Notes: generated by a model from the sequence alone, not told the origin. DNA of 64,000 nucleotides from Bdellovibrionales bacterium (GCA_965199825.1 OZ241329.1:1632001-1696000), one strand, 5' to 3'. Shown: positions 39,716 to 49,690, counted from the stretch's first letter. A program made the numbers and translations.

Positions 39716-40929
39716 TCGAGATCGAATTTAGCAAAAATGTTTCTACCCCCAATGTGTATTCTGCCTATGATAAACTTCTCAAACGCCAAGACCTCGGATT
39801 TTTAAAAATTTTAGAACGTGATCATCTTTGGCAGAGCTCACTCGAGCGCGCAGTTCAAATCCGTGCACAAGCCCAACAATTTCTATTTATAGGCATCGGT
39901 GGCAGCTCACTCGGTGTGAGAGCCCTATTGGCCGCATGCCCACATCAACGGGATGAATTTTTGATTCTCGAAAATGTGGATGAAGACACTTACACCCAAA
40001 CCTTGAAACTGATAAAAGATTTCTCGCAACTTCACGTGGTGGTCACCAGCAAAAGCGGTGGCACCCTTGAAACATTGGCGTTGCTCGAATTTTTGAGTCT
40101 TGAATTCAAATCTCGTGGCTTAAAAATAGAACAGCAAACCACCGTCATCTCAGAGCTTGGACCCAATGCGCTTGGCGATTGGGCACGTGCTCACCATATT
40201 CCAATTTTGGAAATTCCGGTGGATGTGGGGGGACGTTTTTCGGTTTTATCTCCTGTTGGTTTTTTGCCTGCAGCTTTAAGCCTTAAATCTTTGGATGAAA
40301 TCAAGTCGGGTATTCAGTGGGCCTTTCAACAACGCAATATGATCGAAAAATTGGTGACCCAAAGTCTCGCAAGCTTCGAGCGCAAAGAGTGGATTACGGT
40401 TTTATGGCATTATGGCGATCGGCTCAATGATTGCGGATTATGGTGGCAACAACTTTGGGCCGAGTCTTTGGCAAAAGTAAAAACGGTGGACAACAAAACG
40501 CCCCTTCGAGTGAGTACCCCGCTTGTTGTGCGCGGCGCCCAAGATCAGCACTCGCTGCTGCAACAGTTTATGGAAGGGGCAAAAGATAAGTGGTTTTGGT
40601 TTTTTCAATTGTCTGAACCTTCAAAACTGAAACCCTTAAGTGCTCAAGAAATCGCGAGCCCATGGAAACTAAAAAATAAATCTCTCGCCGATGTGATGCA
40701 GGCCGAGATGCAAGCCACAAAAGAAGCTCTTGAAGAGCAAAAAATTGCTACCGCCCAATTTCGATTTGATGAATTCACGCCACGCGCTGTCGCAGGTTAT
40801 TTTATGTTGATGCAGCTCGTAGTGGGAACACTCGGCGAATTTCTTGAGATCAACGCCTACAATCAGCCAGGAGTGGAGTTTGGAAAAATACGCGCTCGCG
40901 AGATTTTGGCAAAGGGTGTTGCAGTTTAA
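39712..40929 (+). CDS. pgi: Glucose-6-phosphate isomerase
   Basis: GIGGSSLG, SKSGGTLET, VGGRFSVLS, QQLWAESLAK, DQHS, NQPGVEFGK. Confidence 0.95.
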   Translation: MIEIEFSKNVSTPNVYSAYDKLLKRQDLGFLKILERDHLWQSSLERAVQIRAQAQQFLFIGIGGSSLGVRALLAACPHQRDEFLILENVDEDTYTQTLKLIKDFSQLHVVVTSKSGGTLETLALLEFLSLEFKSRGLKIEQQTTVISELGPNALGDWARAHHIPILEIPVDVGGRFSVLSPVGFLPAALSLKSLDEIKSGIQWAFQQRNMIEKLVTQSLASFERKEWITVLWHYGDRLNDCGLWWQQLWAESLAKVKTVDNKTPLRVSTPLVVRGAQDQHSLLQQFMEGAKDKWFWFFQLSEPSKLKPLSAQEIASPWKLKNKSLADVMQAEMQATKEALEEQKIATAQFRFDEFTPRAVAGYFMLMQLVVGTLGEFLEINAYNQPGVEFGKIRAREILAKGVAV

Positions 40930-40954
40930 AGCCAACCTCTCCTAACATATTCAT

Positions 40955-41896
40955 ATGGTCCAAGATGATAGCAAAAATGGTGATGGTTCAGATATTTCTG
41001 ACAAAACCAGTATTCTTCCAAGTGATACTTTTAAACTTCGATTGGCTCAGGCAGGACAAGCCCCACCGAGTGTGGTGATGCTCGTTGGTCCAGCAAGCAG
41101 TGTCGGCAGGCAGTGGCCGCTAGAAAACACCGATTTAATTTTAGGCCGGGCAGCCTCTTGCTACATTTGTGTTGATGATCGCAGCATGAGTAAGTCCCAT
41201 GCCAAAGTGTTGGTGGCGGGTGGCGATGTGTCGATCATGGATCTTGAAAGCACAAACAAAACCATTGTGAACGGCAGGCCCGTAAAGGCCCTGACTCCTG
41301 TAAAACTCAAAAACAATGATCAGATCAAATGCGGCAATGTGATCTTCAAATTTTTAGAGCGCGGCAATATCGAAACCGTCTCGACCGCTCAAGCTTTTGA
41401 TCGGGCTTTGACCGATGCACTTACAGGATTGGCCAATCGAGGGGCCCTCAATGCCAAAGGCCCAGAAAGTTTTAATCGCTCATCTTTATTAGGCCTTGCC
41501 CTTAATTTTATTATTTTTGATATCGATCATTTTAAAAAGGTTAACGACACTTACGGTCACCCTGCGGGCGATTATGTTCTTAAAGAAATTTCTTCGGTGA
41601 TTCGAGCCCGATTGATTCGCGAAAATGATTTTGTTGCTCGCGCGGGAGGCGAAGAATTTTGTCTTGTTCTCCTAGGTGCACCTTTAAATACTACGGTCGA
41701 AGTTGCCGAGCGATTACGCCACACTGTTGAGACCCATAGTTTTATTTTCGAGGGTAACACCATTCCGATCACAATCAGTTGTGGCGTGGCCTCACGCCAA
41801 GAGTCTGATACGGGCTGGGAGATGATTTATAAGCGCGCCGATGAGGCGCTTTATTTATCTAAAAATGGTGGGCGCAATAAGGTGACAGTAAAATAA
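40955..41896 (+). CDS. dgcB: FHA-GGDEF diguanylate cyclase (Bdellovibrio DgcB-like)
   Basis: N-tail DKTSIL (pThr-type site), FHA (GR...SKSH...STN), GHPAGD, REND I-site, GGEEF; follows pgi. Confidence 0.85.
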   Translation: MVQDDSKNGDGSDISDKTSILPSDTFKLRLAQAGQAPPSVVMLVGPASSVGRQWPLENTDLILGRAASCYICVDDRSMSKSHAKVLVAGGDVSIMDLESTNKTIVNGRPVKALTPVKLKNNDQIKCGNVIFKFLERGNIETVSTAQAFDRALTDALTGLANRGALNAKGPESFNRSSLLGLALNFIIFDIDHFKKVNDTYGHPAGDYVLKEISSVIRARLIRENDFVARAGGEEFCLVLLGAPLNTTVEVAERLRHTVETHSFIFEGNTIPITISCGVASRQESDTGWEMIYKRADEALYLSKNGGRNKVTVK

Positions 41897-41902
41897 ATTA
41901 AA

Positions 41903-42415
41903 TTAAATACTGCGCGCTTGGGTCAGCGCCTTTTGAAATTCCTCTGAATCTGGTTTTACACCTGATCGAAACCGCGCCACGATTTTTCCTTTGGGTGAGA
42001 GAATGAACTTTTCAAAGTTCCATTTGATTTCGGAATTGTCGTTTGAAGCTTCGATCAAACTTTTAAAGACCGGATTTTTTTCTGAACCGGTCACCACCGA
42101 TTTTTCAAACAATGGAAAGCTCACGCCATAATTCAATTTGCAAAACGAGGCGATCTCTTTATTTGACCCGGGCTCTTGACCGCCAAAATCATTACTCGGA
42201 AAACCAAGCACCACAACGTCTTCAGATTTATGCGCTTCATAGAGCGCTTCGAGTCCCTCATATTGGGGAGTGTACCCACATTTAGAAGCAGTGTTGACGA
42301 CCACAATCGTTTTCCCTTTATATTGTTTAAGGGCGACCTCGGTTCCATCAATTCGGTGGGTTGTTAAATCATAAAAACTTAAGGTCATTGCAAGAGCTCC
42401 TAATATAAAATTCAT
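41903..42415 (-). CDS. Glutathione peroxidase (Cys-type)
   Basis: VNTASKCGYTPQY, GFPSNDFGGQEPG, WNFEKF. Confidence 0.94.
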   Translation of the reverse strand: MNFILGALAMTLSFYDLTTHRIDGTEVALKQYKGKTIVVVNTASKCGYTPQYEGLEALYEAHKSEDVVVLGFPSNDFGGQEPGSNKEIASFCKLNYGVSFPLFEKSVVTGSEKNPVFKSLIEASNDNSEIKWNFEKFILSPKGKIVARFRSGVKPDSEEFQKALTQARSI

Positions 42416-43467
42416 TGAACATATCCTTTCAAATCGGCGGTCGCATGAGCTGAATTTTTGAGGGTTTTTAAATATTCAAAAGCAGCTTTAAAGCTCCCTT
42501 TCTTTTTATAAAGCTTTTCAAAATCCGACAAGTCCTGATCATAGGTGGTGTAGTTCAACAATACCGCATTATTGAGTTTTAGTTTTTCAAAATATAAAAA
42601 TGCATTTGTTTTGAGCTTGGGTTTAATCGACCTTTTAAATTGTTCCATCATCGCATTTAATCGATCTTCTTTTTGTTTCAAAGATTGGTGAGTTTTATAA
42701 AACTCATTGAGATCAACGATCTGATTTGAGATCCAGTCCGAAAAAATCAAATGGTCCGCATTTTCAAGTGCAACCTGGCCTGCGAGTTCGTTTTCACCTC
42801 GTGAAGAATAAAAAAGTTCTGTCCCCTTTGTTCCTAAAAAGTTTGCCATGCGTTCGTTAAATTCGGCTTGGCCCGAGATAAACAAAGTCGCATGCACAGA
42901 CTCGTGAATAATAGTTTCGATCAAATCAGCATCTTGATATTTGAGCATCGAACTTAAAATTGGATCATGAAACCATCCAAGAGTGCTAAATGCCGAGGCT
43001 CCACGTACGGCGCGATCGTATTTTGATTTATCAAATTTTTCGGCTTCAAGGTGAGCGCTCTCTTCGTCAAAAAATCCCTTATATGGAAGACTCCCCACAA
43101 TCGGAAACCACCATGTATAAGGAGTAACATCATAAAGGGGTGCGACCTGTACAATCCATGTCACATAGGGACGATGCAATTCGACAAAAGTTTGATAATT
43201 TTTGTGAGGAGCAAGACTTAAATTTTCGACACCAAACTTTAAAGCCTCCTGACTGAGTCGAAGTTTACGTTTGATTTCTGAATCCACCGTAGGATCGGCC
43301 AAAACTTTTTCAACCGGTACACGTGAATTTAAAAGTTTGAGCTGTTCATAAGAATTGTGAATCAAGTAAGAGACGCTACAGCCATTTAAGCCTAGAGCAA
43401 AAATGATAAACCCGCACGACCGGCGTAATCGACCAAGATTGGCTGCGACTGAAGGGGAGATGTCCAT
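42412..43467 (-). CDS. Putative zinc aminopeptidase lipoprotein
   Basis: Lipobox LNGC; WWFPIVG..PYKGFF, STLGWF.DP, HESVH...NE. Confidence 0.85.
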   Translation of the reverse strand: MDISPSVAANLGRLRRSCGFIIFALGLNGCSVSYLIHNSYEQLKLLNSRVPVEKVLADPTVDSEIKRKLRLSQEALKFGVENLSLAPHKNYQTFVELHRPYVTWIVQVAPLYDVTPYTWWFPIVGSLPYKGFFDEESAHLEAEKFDKSKYDRAVRGASAFSTLGWFHDPILSSMLKYQDADLIETIIHESVHATLFISGQAEFNERMANFLGTKGTELFYSSRGENELAGQVALENADHLIFSDWISNQIVDLNEFYKTHQSLKQKEDRLNAMMEQFKRSIKPKLKTNAFLYFEKLKLNNAVLLNYTTYDQDLSDFEKLYKKKGSFKAAFEYLKTLKNSAHATADLKGYVQ

Positions 43468-43925
43468 GCATCGATTCCGATCTTAAATGAAAAAGATTTG
43501 GTCAAATTCAATTTAACACCGAGGCCCGCGCTCGGCACAAATCCTTTTACCATCGGGATCTGTTCTGCTGATGCTACGTCGGTGTTTTGCTCAAATTGTT
43601 TTTTAATATAAGCAGCGCCAAATTTGACAAAGGGTTGAATCATTCCTTCTTGCACACTGAGAACATAATCAAGACCAATCATTTCAAAATTGGAGGTGAT
43701 GCGGGTTTTTGCTGTTGCGATGGGTTGAATTAAGATCACGCCGCTTCCATTGGTGTAACTCAGTTCCACTGCAGAATTTTGTGAAAAATAATAACTGACG
43801 GATCCTGTTACTGAGGATGAGACCTGATAGTTTTCCGAATTGACCGAAGACTTTCGGTAACTCACCGCCGAGCCCACCTCAACCATTGCCGATGCCGAGA
43901 ATATTGAAACAAAAAAGAGCCACAT
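43392..43925 (-). CDS. Outer-membrane beta-barrel protein
   Basis: Signal peptide; OmpA/OmpW-like amphipathic strands. Confidence 0.7.
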   Translation of the reverse strand: MWLFFVSIFSASAMVEVGSAVSYRKSSVNSENYQVSSSVTGSVSYYFSQNSAVELSYTNGSGVILIQPIATAKTRITSNFEMIGLDYVLSVQEGMIQPFVKFGAAYIKKQFEQNTDVASAEQIPMVKGFVPSAGLGVKLNLTKSFSFKIGIDAWTSPLQSQPILVDYAGRAGLSFLL

Positions 43926-43938
43926 TTTAAAAAACCTC

Positions 43939-44769
43939 TTAATGCGCGAGCACTTCAAATTGATACAGCAAATGAATTTTACCATCTTCTTTTACCATCT
44001 CGCGCGGCGGATTTAAAAATGGTGCAGCCTCTTTAAATGCATTGGTGACCGCTTGGTCTAAATTGGTGTCGCCCGAGGGGTGATGCATCACTGCTCTTTG
44101 AAATTCACCAGCTGGACTTAAAATGATTTCAACTCCAGTGATATTGGGTGAAAGGGCTAATTGCTTTTGCATTGCTGGAGGCAACATCGAAAAATAATCA
44201 CGAAGATGCCCAATCCACCGATTCACAATTCCTTCGTTCACCCGCGAATAAAAAGAATAAAAAGTGAGTTGATCGGTATTGAGCGCTGTAAAGCTTCCTT
44301 GCTTGACCCCTGGAATTGTAATTCCAGATGACGATGCTCCCACCGCCATAAATCGGCCCAAGCCCTCAGCACCCAAAGCGGGTGAAGTTCTCCGAGACAT
44401 TTGGCCTTCGCCCGATTGAGATTGAAACGGATTAAATTGTTGAACCGATGATCCCCCTTTTGAATTCGAATTTCCACGTCCTGCATTTTGGGTGATGCCG
44501 CTCAGTTTTTTTGCGGTCAATTGTTGACGAACCCGGCGGTCGAGTTGTGAGAGAATCTTTGCTTGTTCACGCAATTTTTTTTCGAGTAGCTTGTCAGGCA
44601 GCTCAAGGCTTTTTGTGGGGTGTATCGTTTTGCTACGGTCGTCATCAAGCATCGTGATTTGGGTCGGTTGCTCTGGCATCTGAAATGATGGGGCCTTCAT
44701 GAGGAACCAGGCTAAAAGTCCATGCAAGATAAGGCTTAGAATAAGTGTTTGAAACTCTTTATTTTCCAT
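43939..44769 (-). CDS. TonB-family protein (TonB C-terminal domain)
   Basis: N-terminal TM with SxxLH; C-terminal SG..LDQA..AF..AAPF.NPP. Confidence 0.8.
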   Translation of the reverse strand: MENKEFQTLILSLILHGLLAWFLMKAPSFQMPEQPTQITMLDDDRSKTIHPTKSLELPDKLLEKKLREQAKILSQLDRRVRQQLTAKKLSGITQNAGRGNSNSKGGSSVQQFNPFQSQSGEGQMSRRTSPALGAEGLGRFMAVGASSSGITIPGVKQGSFTALNTDQLTFYSFYSRVNEGIVNRWIGHLRDYFSMLPPAMQKQLALSPNITGVEIILSPAGEFQRAVMHHPSGDTNLDQAVTNAFKEAAPFLNPPREMVKEDGKIHLLYQFEVLAH

Positions 44770-44814
44770 CGCCCTTGAGCACCCTCTTTTTTAAAAGATA
44801 GCAAAGCCAACGCC

Positions 44815-44842
44815 TAAAGTTGAGACATTTATAAGCCGATAG
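44815..44842 (+). promoter_or_regulatory. Putative sigma-28 (FliA) promoter
   Basis: TAAA-N16-GCCGATAG upstream of PilZ gene. Confidence 0.55.
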
Positions 44843-44866
44843 GTAAGAGGTCACAGGGGGAAAATA

Positions 44867-45388
44867 ATGAGTATTAAGAGTAATGTCATAGATATGACCG
44901 CGCGCCGGTCGACAAAGATTGCAAATAAAAATCTTCAAACTATTGATGCTCCAATCGTTGATATGACTGAACGTCGAAACGAAATCCTCAATCAAGAGCG
45001 TCGCAATGTGAAACGAACCATTCTTTCCGAATTTATTGGCGCCTGCGCGGTAATTCCAAATCAAGGTCTTATCAAATTGATGATCTATGATATTTCAGAA
45101 ACAGGAATCGCCTTCGACACCACACAAGAAACAGGACAATTTAAAGTGGGCGAAGAAGTTGCGATGCGAGTTTATCTCAACAACCAAACTTATTTTCCAT
45201 TTACTGTTAAAATTGCGAATGCACGCTCACTTGCTGATGAAGGAACATTTCGTCACGGCGGAAATTTTGTAACTGGAACGATGAACGAATTAGCTCTGAC
45301 CCATTTTGTAAAATTCATTGAAACCGTAAGTGCAAGTCTACAGCGCGATTCCGGTGATGTGATGGTCTCAGGACTTGGTTCCCGATAA
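44867..45388 (+). CDS. PilZ domain protein
   Basis: ERRNVKR and DISETG c-di-GMP-binding motifs. Confidence 0.85.
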   Translation: MSIKSNVIDMTARRSTKIANKNLQTIDAPIVDMTERRNEILNQERRNVKRTILSEFIGACAVIPNQGLIKLMIYDISETGIAFDTTQETGQFKVGEEVAMRVYLNNQTYFPFTVKIANARSLADEGTFRHGGNFVTGTMNELALTHFVKFIETVSASLQRDSGDVMVSGLGSR

Positions 45389-45467
45389 GCGTCATAATTT
45401 TTTTAAATGTACAGTGATTAAAAGTTGGGTTCGAATACTCCTATAACAAGAGGAGAACTCCCCAACT

Positions 45468-46796
45468 ATGGCACTGACCACTCGTCACGATCGAAAAATT
45501 GTTGTTGATACAAACGTAATTTTATTCGACGCCAATGCGATTTTTAAATTTCGTAATTCCGATGTGTTTGTGCCCTTTTCTGTGATCGAAGAGATTGATC
45601 GATTTAAAAGAGATCTTGGAGAAAATGGCCGTAACGCCAGACAGTTTAGCCGATTTATTGACGAGCTCCGCAGCCAAGGCTCTTTAGCCCAAGGTTTACA
45701 TCTCGAAAAAAGTCAGTCGCATTTTTATATCATCACCGATTCATCCTTTGATAATCTTCCCTCTGATCTTGATATCATCAAGGCAGACAATCGTATTTTG
45801 GCCACAGCTTATTGGCTCGGAAAAGAATATCCCACATCAAAAGTTGAGCTGATTACCAAAGATATTAATTTAAGAATCAAAGCGGATGTTTTTGGAATCG
45901 ACGCCAAAGATTACGATCCTGACAATACTGTTTTTGAAGACATGTATACGGGCCTTAAAGAAATTGATGTGGATCCCGATGTGATCGATCGTTTTTACCG
46001 CGAAAAAGGGGTGAGCCTCGGTAGCGATTTTAAATTGTTTGCGAATCAATATGTGATCATGAAGGATTCGACCAACGAAAATCATTCGGCTATTGGTCGA
46101 TTCTCACAACGTGATCAAAAAATAGTTCCACTCATTTCACCTTCGGAAAGTATCTGGGGAATTCATCCAAGAAATGTTGAGCAAAGTTTTGCACTCGATT
46201 GTTTATTAAATGATGAGTTGTTGTTTGTGACATTGGTCGGAAAAGCCGGCACCGGAAAAACTCTTTTGGCACTGGCCGCAGGTCTTTATAAAACTTTAGA
46301 CGAAGGGCAATTCAAGCGCCTACTTGTTTCACGCCCGATTTTTCCAATGGGTCGAGATATTGGTTACTTGCCTGGCGATGTCGAACAAAAGCTCAATCCA
46401 TGGATGCAGCCCATTTTTGATAACGTTGAATTTTTGATGGGAGCAGATAAAAAGGCAGCAGGACGCGCACAAGAGTTGATCAACCAAGGAATGTTGAACA
46501 TAGAACCACTTACTTATATTCGCGGTCGCAGCATTCCTAATCAGTTTTTGATTGTGGATGAATCGCAAAATTTAACGCCCCATGAAATAAAAACCATTGT
46601 GACACGGGCAGGCCAAGGCACCAAAGTGGTATTAACAGGGGATTGCTATCAGATTGATAATCCTTATGTTGATTCAGCAAACAGTGGGCTGACATATTCG
46701 GTTGAAAGATTCAAAGGACATCCCATTTCGGCGCATGTAACACTGACAAAAGGTGAACGGTCCGAACTTGCGGAGCTTGCTGCGAATATTCTTTAG
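45468..46796 (+). CDS. phoH: PIN-PhoH family protein (PhoH2/YlaK-like)
   Basis: VDTNV PIN motif; GKAGTGKT, IGYLPG, YIRGRS, DESQN. Confidence 0.92.
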   Translation: MALTTRHDRKIVVDTNVILFDANAIFKFRNSDVFVPFSVIEEIDRFKRDLGENGRNARQFSRFIDELRSQGSLAQGLHLEKSQSHFYIITDSSFDNLPSDLDIIKADNRILATAYWLGKEYPTSKVELITKDINLRIKADVFGIDAKDYDPDNTVFEDMYTGLKEIDVDPDVIDRFYREKGVSLGSDFKLFANQYVIMKDSTNENHSAIGRFSQRDQKIVPLISPSESIWGIHPRNVEQSFALDCLLNDELLFVTLVGKAGTGKTLLALAAGLYKTLDEGQFKRLLVSRPIFPMGRDIGYLPGDVEQKLNPWMQPIFDNVEFLMGADKKAAGRAQELINQGMLNIEPLTYIRGRSIPNQFLIVDESQNLTPHEIKTIVTRAGQGTKVVLTGDCYQIDNPYVDSANSGLTYSVERFKGHPISAHVTLTKGERSELAELAANIL

Positions 46797-46800
46797 TTTA

Positions 46801-46816
46801 GGGCATATTTATTGCT
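46801..46816 (+). promoter_or_regulatory. Putative sigma-54 promoter
   Basis: GGGCATATTTATTGCT (GG-N10-GC). Confidence 0.55.
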
Positions 46817-46829
46817 AAATAGTTTGTAG

Positions 46830-48842
46830 ATGTCTTCAAACTATTCAGTTCAGGTACGATCTTCCGGTCGAATGCTGTTTTTAATTTTATGTTTTTTTTG
46901 TTTCAGCGCAAGAGCTACTGACTGCATAACTATATTGAGTTCAAGCCCTCACACAACAGCATTCCACGATGATCAAGATGCATTTACTGCTTTAGGTGAA
47001 TCCCTCCGCAATATTATTTCACCTGTGAACGATGGTAAACCCACCGTGATCAATATGATTGATCAGGAAATCCAAGCCACTAAAACTGCGTCGGACGAAG
47101 TTTTTATCACTTGGACTGGATCGGCCAATTCAGGCAAATCGACTTTGTTTAATATGATCGCACAAACTATTGGCGGCAGTCCCATCCGCGAGCTTTCAAA
47201 AGCCGGAGTCAGAGCGGGCCTAACCACGCGACTCACTGTCGGTGTGGGATCAAACGATCCTGGCCAAGCTTTCGAACGGGATCGTCGTGAGCGACTAGGT
47301 CCTTTACAACTTTGGCAAAATAACATGGATGCCACAACTCCTGGAAAAGGATTGATTGTTCAGCTTCCGAATTTACCAACAGGAATTGCGATCATCGATG
47401 CACCTGATATTAATTCTGGATCGCGTTTTTCGGCTGAGCCTACAAATCTTAATTCGGCTCTTCAGGTAATCTACACCTCCGATGTTCTCTTAATTATTGT
47501 TGATAAAAAAGATTATGCGAATCGCGACTTGCGTGTGGGTCTTAATACCATATTTAAAAAATATGGAGTGAAGCACACCATACTCATTTTTGAAGGCAAA
47601 GAGGCCAATGACTCTGCCGTAATCGCACAAATGCTCAAAGAGTTTGCCAACGAAATTTATCCAAAAAAGTATCACAATCCTAATGGTGGATATCCTGACC
47701 CGGTATTGGCAGCTTATCTTGTGCCTGATGATAACGATGTGGTCCTTGGCCGTGCTCATCCGCGATTGATTCCTGTGGGCGGAAGTCGTCTCTCGATAGA
47801 CGATGTCATTCATCGCATCAGTTATAATCGGAAACATATTCGTGCGTCGTCGTTGGCTTTTACCAAAGAAGCGATTGTTACTGCTGCTCACCAAGAACTT
47901 ACTCATGTGAAACAACAAAGACTTGCAGCCCAACTTTATTTGAAGGGTGTGATGGATGCCATCGATACCGCAGCCTCATCTAAACTTTTAGATTACCCAT
48001 ATGAAGAGGCCAAAAAATATATTCGCGATACATTTGTTGAGCAGCTCTCAGACAACCGACAACTGCTTGAGAAAGTGACCCAAGTTTTTTCGCCTGAGAT
48101 TGTTAAAAATTTATTTAAAGTTTTCTCTAAAGGAACCCCTCCTGAGTTTGTAAAAACCAATCATCTTGAACACGATTCCTTTGCGGTATCACAGCTCAAA
48201 CTTCAACTGGCTTCAATTCAAAATCACCAGCTTATAATTCAGAGCGAAAGCGACCGGGCCCTTTATAAAAAAACTTTTCCGGGCGAACAGATTGGCGATC
48301 GATACTCTTTACCCAGTAAAGAATTGCTCTCTCCAGAAATTCGTAAGTCATTTGACGATATGCTCAATGCCGATTCAGCAATTTGGAGCGCCGGAATAGG
48401 AAAAAAAATAACCGAGCGCCAAAGCATTCATAAAAATAGTGAAATCGAAAAGCTGCTCTCAAATTTGGCCCAAAAAAGAATGATGAAGATTACCGCTATG
48501 GGATTGCTTACCGTAGCCTCACCTCTCGCAGGTCTTGTAGGAATGAGCTTTGTTGGGGCAACCTCATTTACCGCCTGGCTTGCTGCGGCCATTGGTCCTC
48601 CAATTTTGCTCAAAAGAGTGCAAAGCCAGATGATTGATAACCATTTAAAAGAATCCCTAAATGTTTGGTTCAAACAACTCCAAATCGATGCCACGCGTGA
48701 ATACTTTTACGAAGCGTTAGCACCTCTTATGAGTCAATTGAGCGCGCAGTCGGCTCTTCATAGCCGAGATCTTGATAATGCTCAGCGAGCCATCCAGTTT
48801 TTGAGCCCCAAGGGCGAAAGTCCAATCCAAACCCTACGGTAA
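46830..48842 (+). CDS. Signal-peptide-bearing dynamin-like/TRAFAC GTPase
   Basis: GSANSGKS (G1), LTT (G2), DAPD (G3), helical region, C-terminal hydrophobic hairpin; start may be ATG 46872. Confidence 0.75.
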   Translation: MSSNYSVQVRSSGRMLFLILCFFCFSARATDCITILSSSPHTTAFHDDQDAFTALGESLRNIISPVNDGKPTVINMIDQEIQATKTASDEVFITWTGSANSGKSTLFNMIAQTIGGSPIRELSKAGVRAGLTTRLTVGVGSNDPGQAFERDRRERLGPLQLWQNNMDATTPGKGLIVQLPNLPTGIAIIDAPDINSGSRFSAEPTNLNSALQVIYTSDVLLIIVDKKDYANRDLRVGLNTIFKKYGVKHTILIFEGKEANDSAVIAQMLKEFANEIYPKKYHNPNGGYPDPVLAAYLVPDDNDVVLGRAHPRLIPVGGSRLSIDDVIHRISYNRKHIRASSLAFTKEAIVTAAHQELTHVKQQRLAAQLYLKGVMDAIDTAASSKLLDYPYEEAKKYIRDTFVEQLSDNRQLLEKVTQVFSPEIVKNLFKVFSKGTPPEFVKTNHLEHDSFAVSQLKLQLASIQNHQLIIQSESDRALYKKTFPGEQIGDRYSLPSKELLSPEIRKSFDDMLNADSAIWSAGIGKKITERQSIHKNSEIEKLLSNLAQKRMMKITAMGLLTVASPLAGLVGMSFVGATSFTAWLAAAIGPPILLKRVQSQMIDNHLKESLNVWFKQLQIDATREYFYEALAPLMSQLSAQSALHSRDLDNAQRAIQFLSPKGESPIQTLR

Positions 48843-48864
48843 CTTGACACACCCTTAAGACCCT

Positions 48865-49686
48865 TTGGATGCTAGTAAAGGGGGATTTGGGGTGGTTGTT
48901 ATTTTTGTTTTGATGCAGATGTTCGCATTTGCTGACTGTGAACACATTTTGAATTCAAACATCTTGTGGTCTGCGCTCAACAAACCAAAAATGATTCCTC
49001 AAAAACCGGTAGGCTCTTTCACAAAAAAATACGCCCATCACGAATTTTTTGATCAAGATCAAATCCCGTGGACTTTCATCAAAGACGACCGTTACTTGGA
49101 TCTCAATACCGCATCGAGTGTGATCTCATCTCTTATTTATTCGCACTTTCAAATTTTAACTCCGATCACCACTCGCTACATGAATTATGCGGCGATTCGT
49201 TCTTTAGAAACCAATCTCCCTCTTGGTCGCCTTGATCATCTCGACACTCAGAAAGTTCGTGGGCTTATTTTTGTGGCGGCATTTTTACAAGATCTTAAGC
49301 GGCTTGAAAACGACCAAAGTAATCTTCTACTCAAACAAAATGAGTTTATAGCTTTAGATTTTAGCCAAACACTAGGTGCTGGCAAAAATGGTTTTCATAA
49401 AAAAGGTCGAATTATAAGTGGTGCGGTAGGGGGTTATCCGGCGTTTAAATCAATGGCTGAAGCTTTAAACCAAATAGATTGGACACTGCTTGATAAAAAT
49501 CATCCTTGGAAAAATCTGAACGAGGAGGATTATGATTTTGCTCTGCGCGGGTTTGACAGTTTAAGCGACCAAGATATCCAGGCTTACGTCGAGGCGGCCG
49601 AGTACTCAGAGCCCCTAGATGCTCAATATATGATCGAAAAACTGATTCATAATCGAGATATTTTTAAACGCGACCTTCGTCGATAG
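48865..49686 (+). CDS. Secreted hypothetical protein, possible HipA/PI-kinase-like fold
   Basis: Signal peptide; AFLQD.KR....SNLLL...IALDFS. Confidence 0.55.
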   Translation: MDASKGGFGVVVIFVLMQMFAFADCEHILNSNILWSALNKPKMIPQKPVGSFTKKYAHHEFFDQDQIPWTFIKDDRYLDLNTASSVISSLIYSHFQILTPITTRYMNYAAIRSLETNLPLGRLDHLDTQKVRGLIFVAAFLQDLKRLENDQSNLLLKQNEFIALDFSQTLGAGKNGFHKKGRIISGAVGGYPAFKSMAEALNQIDWTLLDKNHPWKNLNEEDYDFALRGFDSLSDQDIQAYVEAAEYSEPLDAQYMIEKLIHNRDIFKRDLRR

Positions 49687-49690
49687 CTAT

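Noticed and set aside
41903..42415. Selenocysteine glutathione peroxidase
   Set aside because: Active-site codon is TGT (Cys) and there is no in-frame TGA
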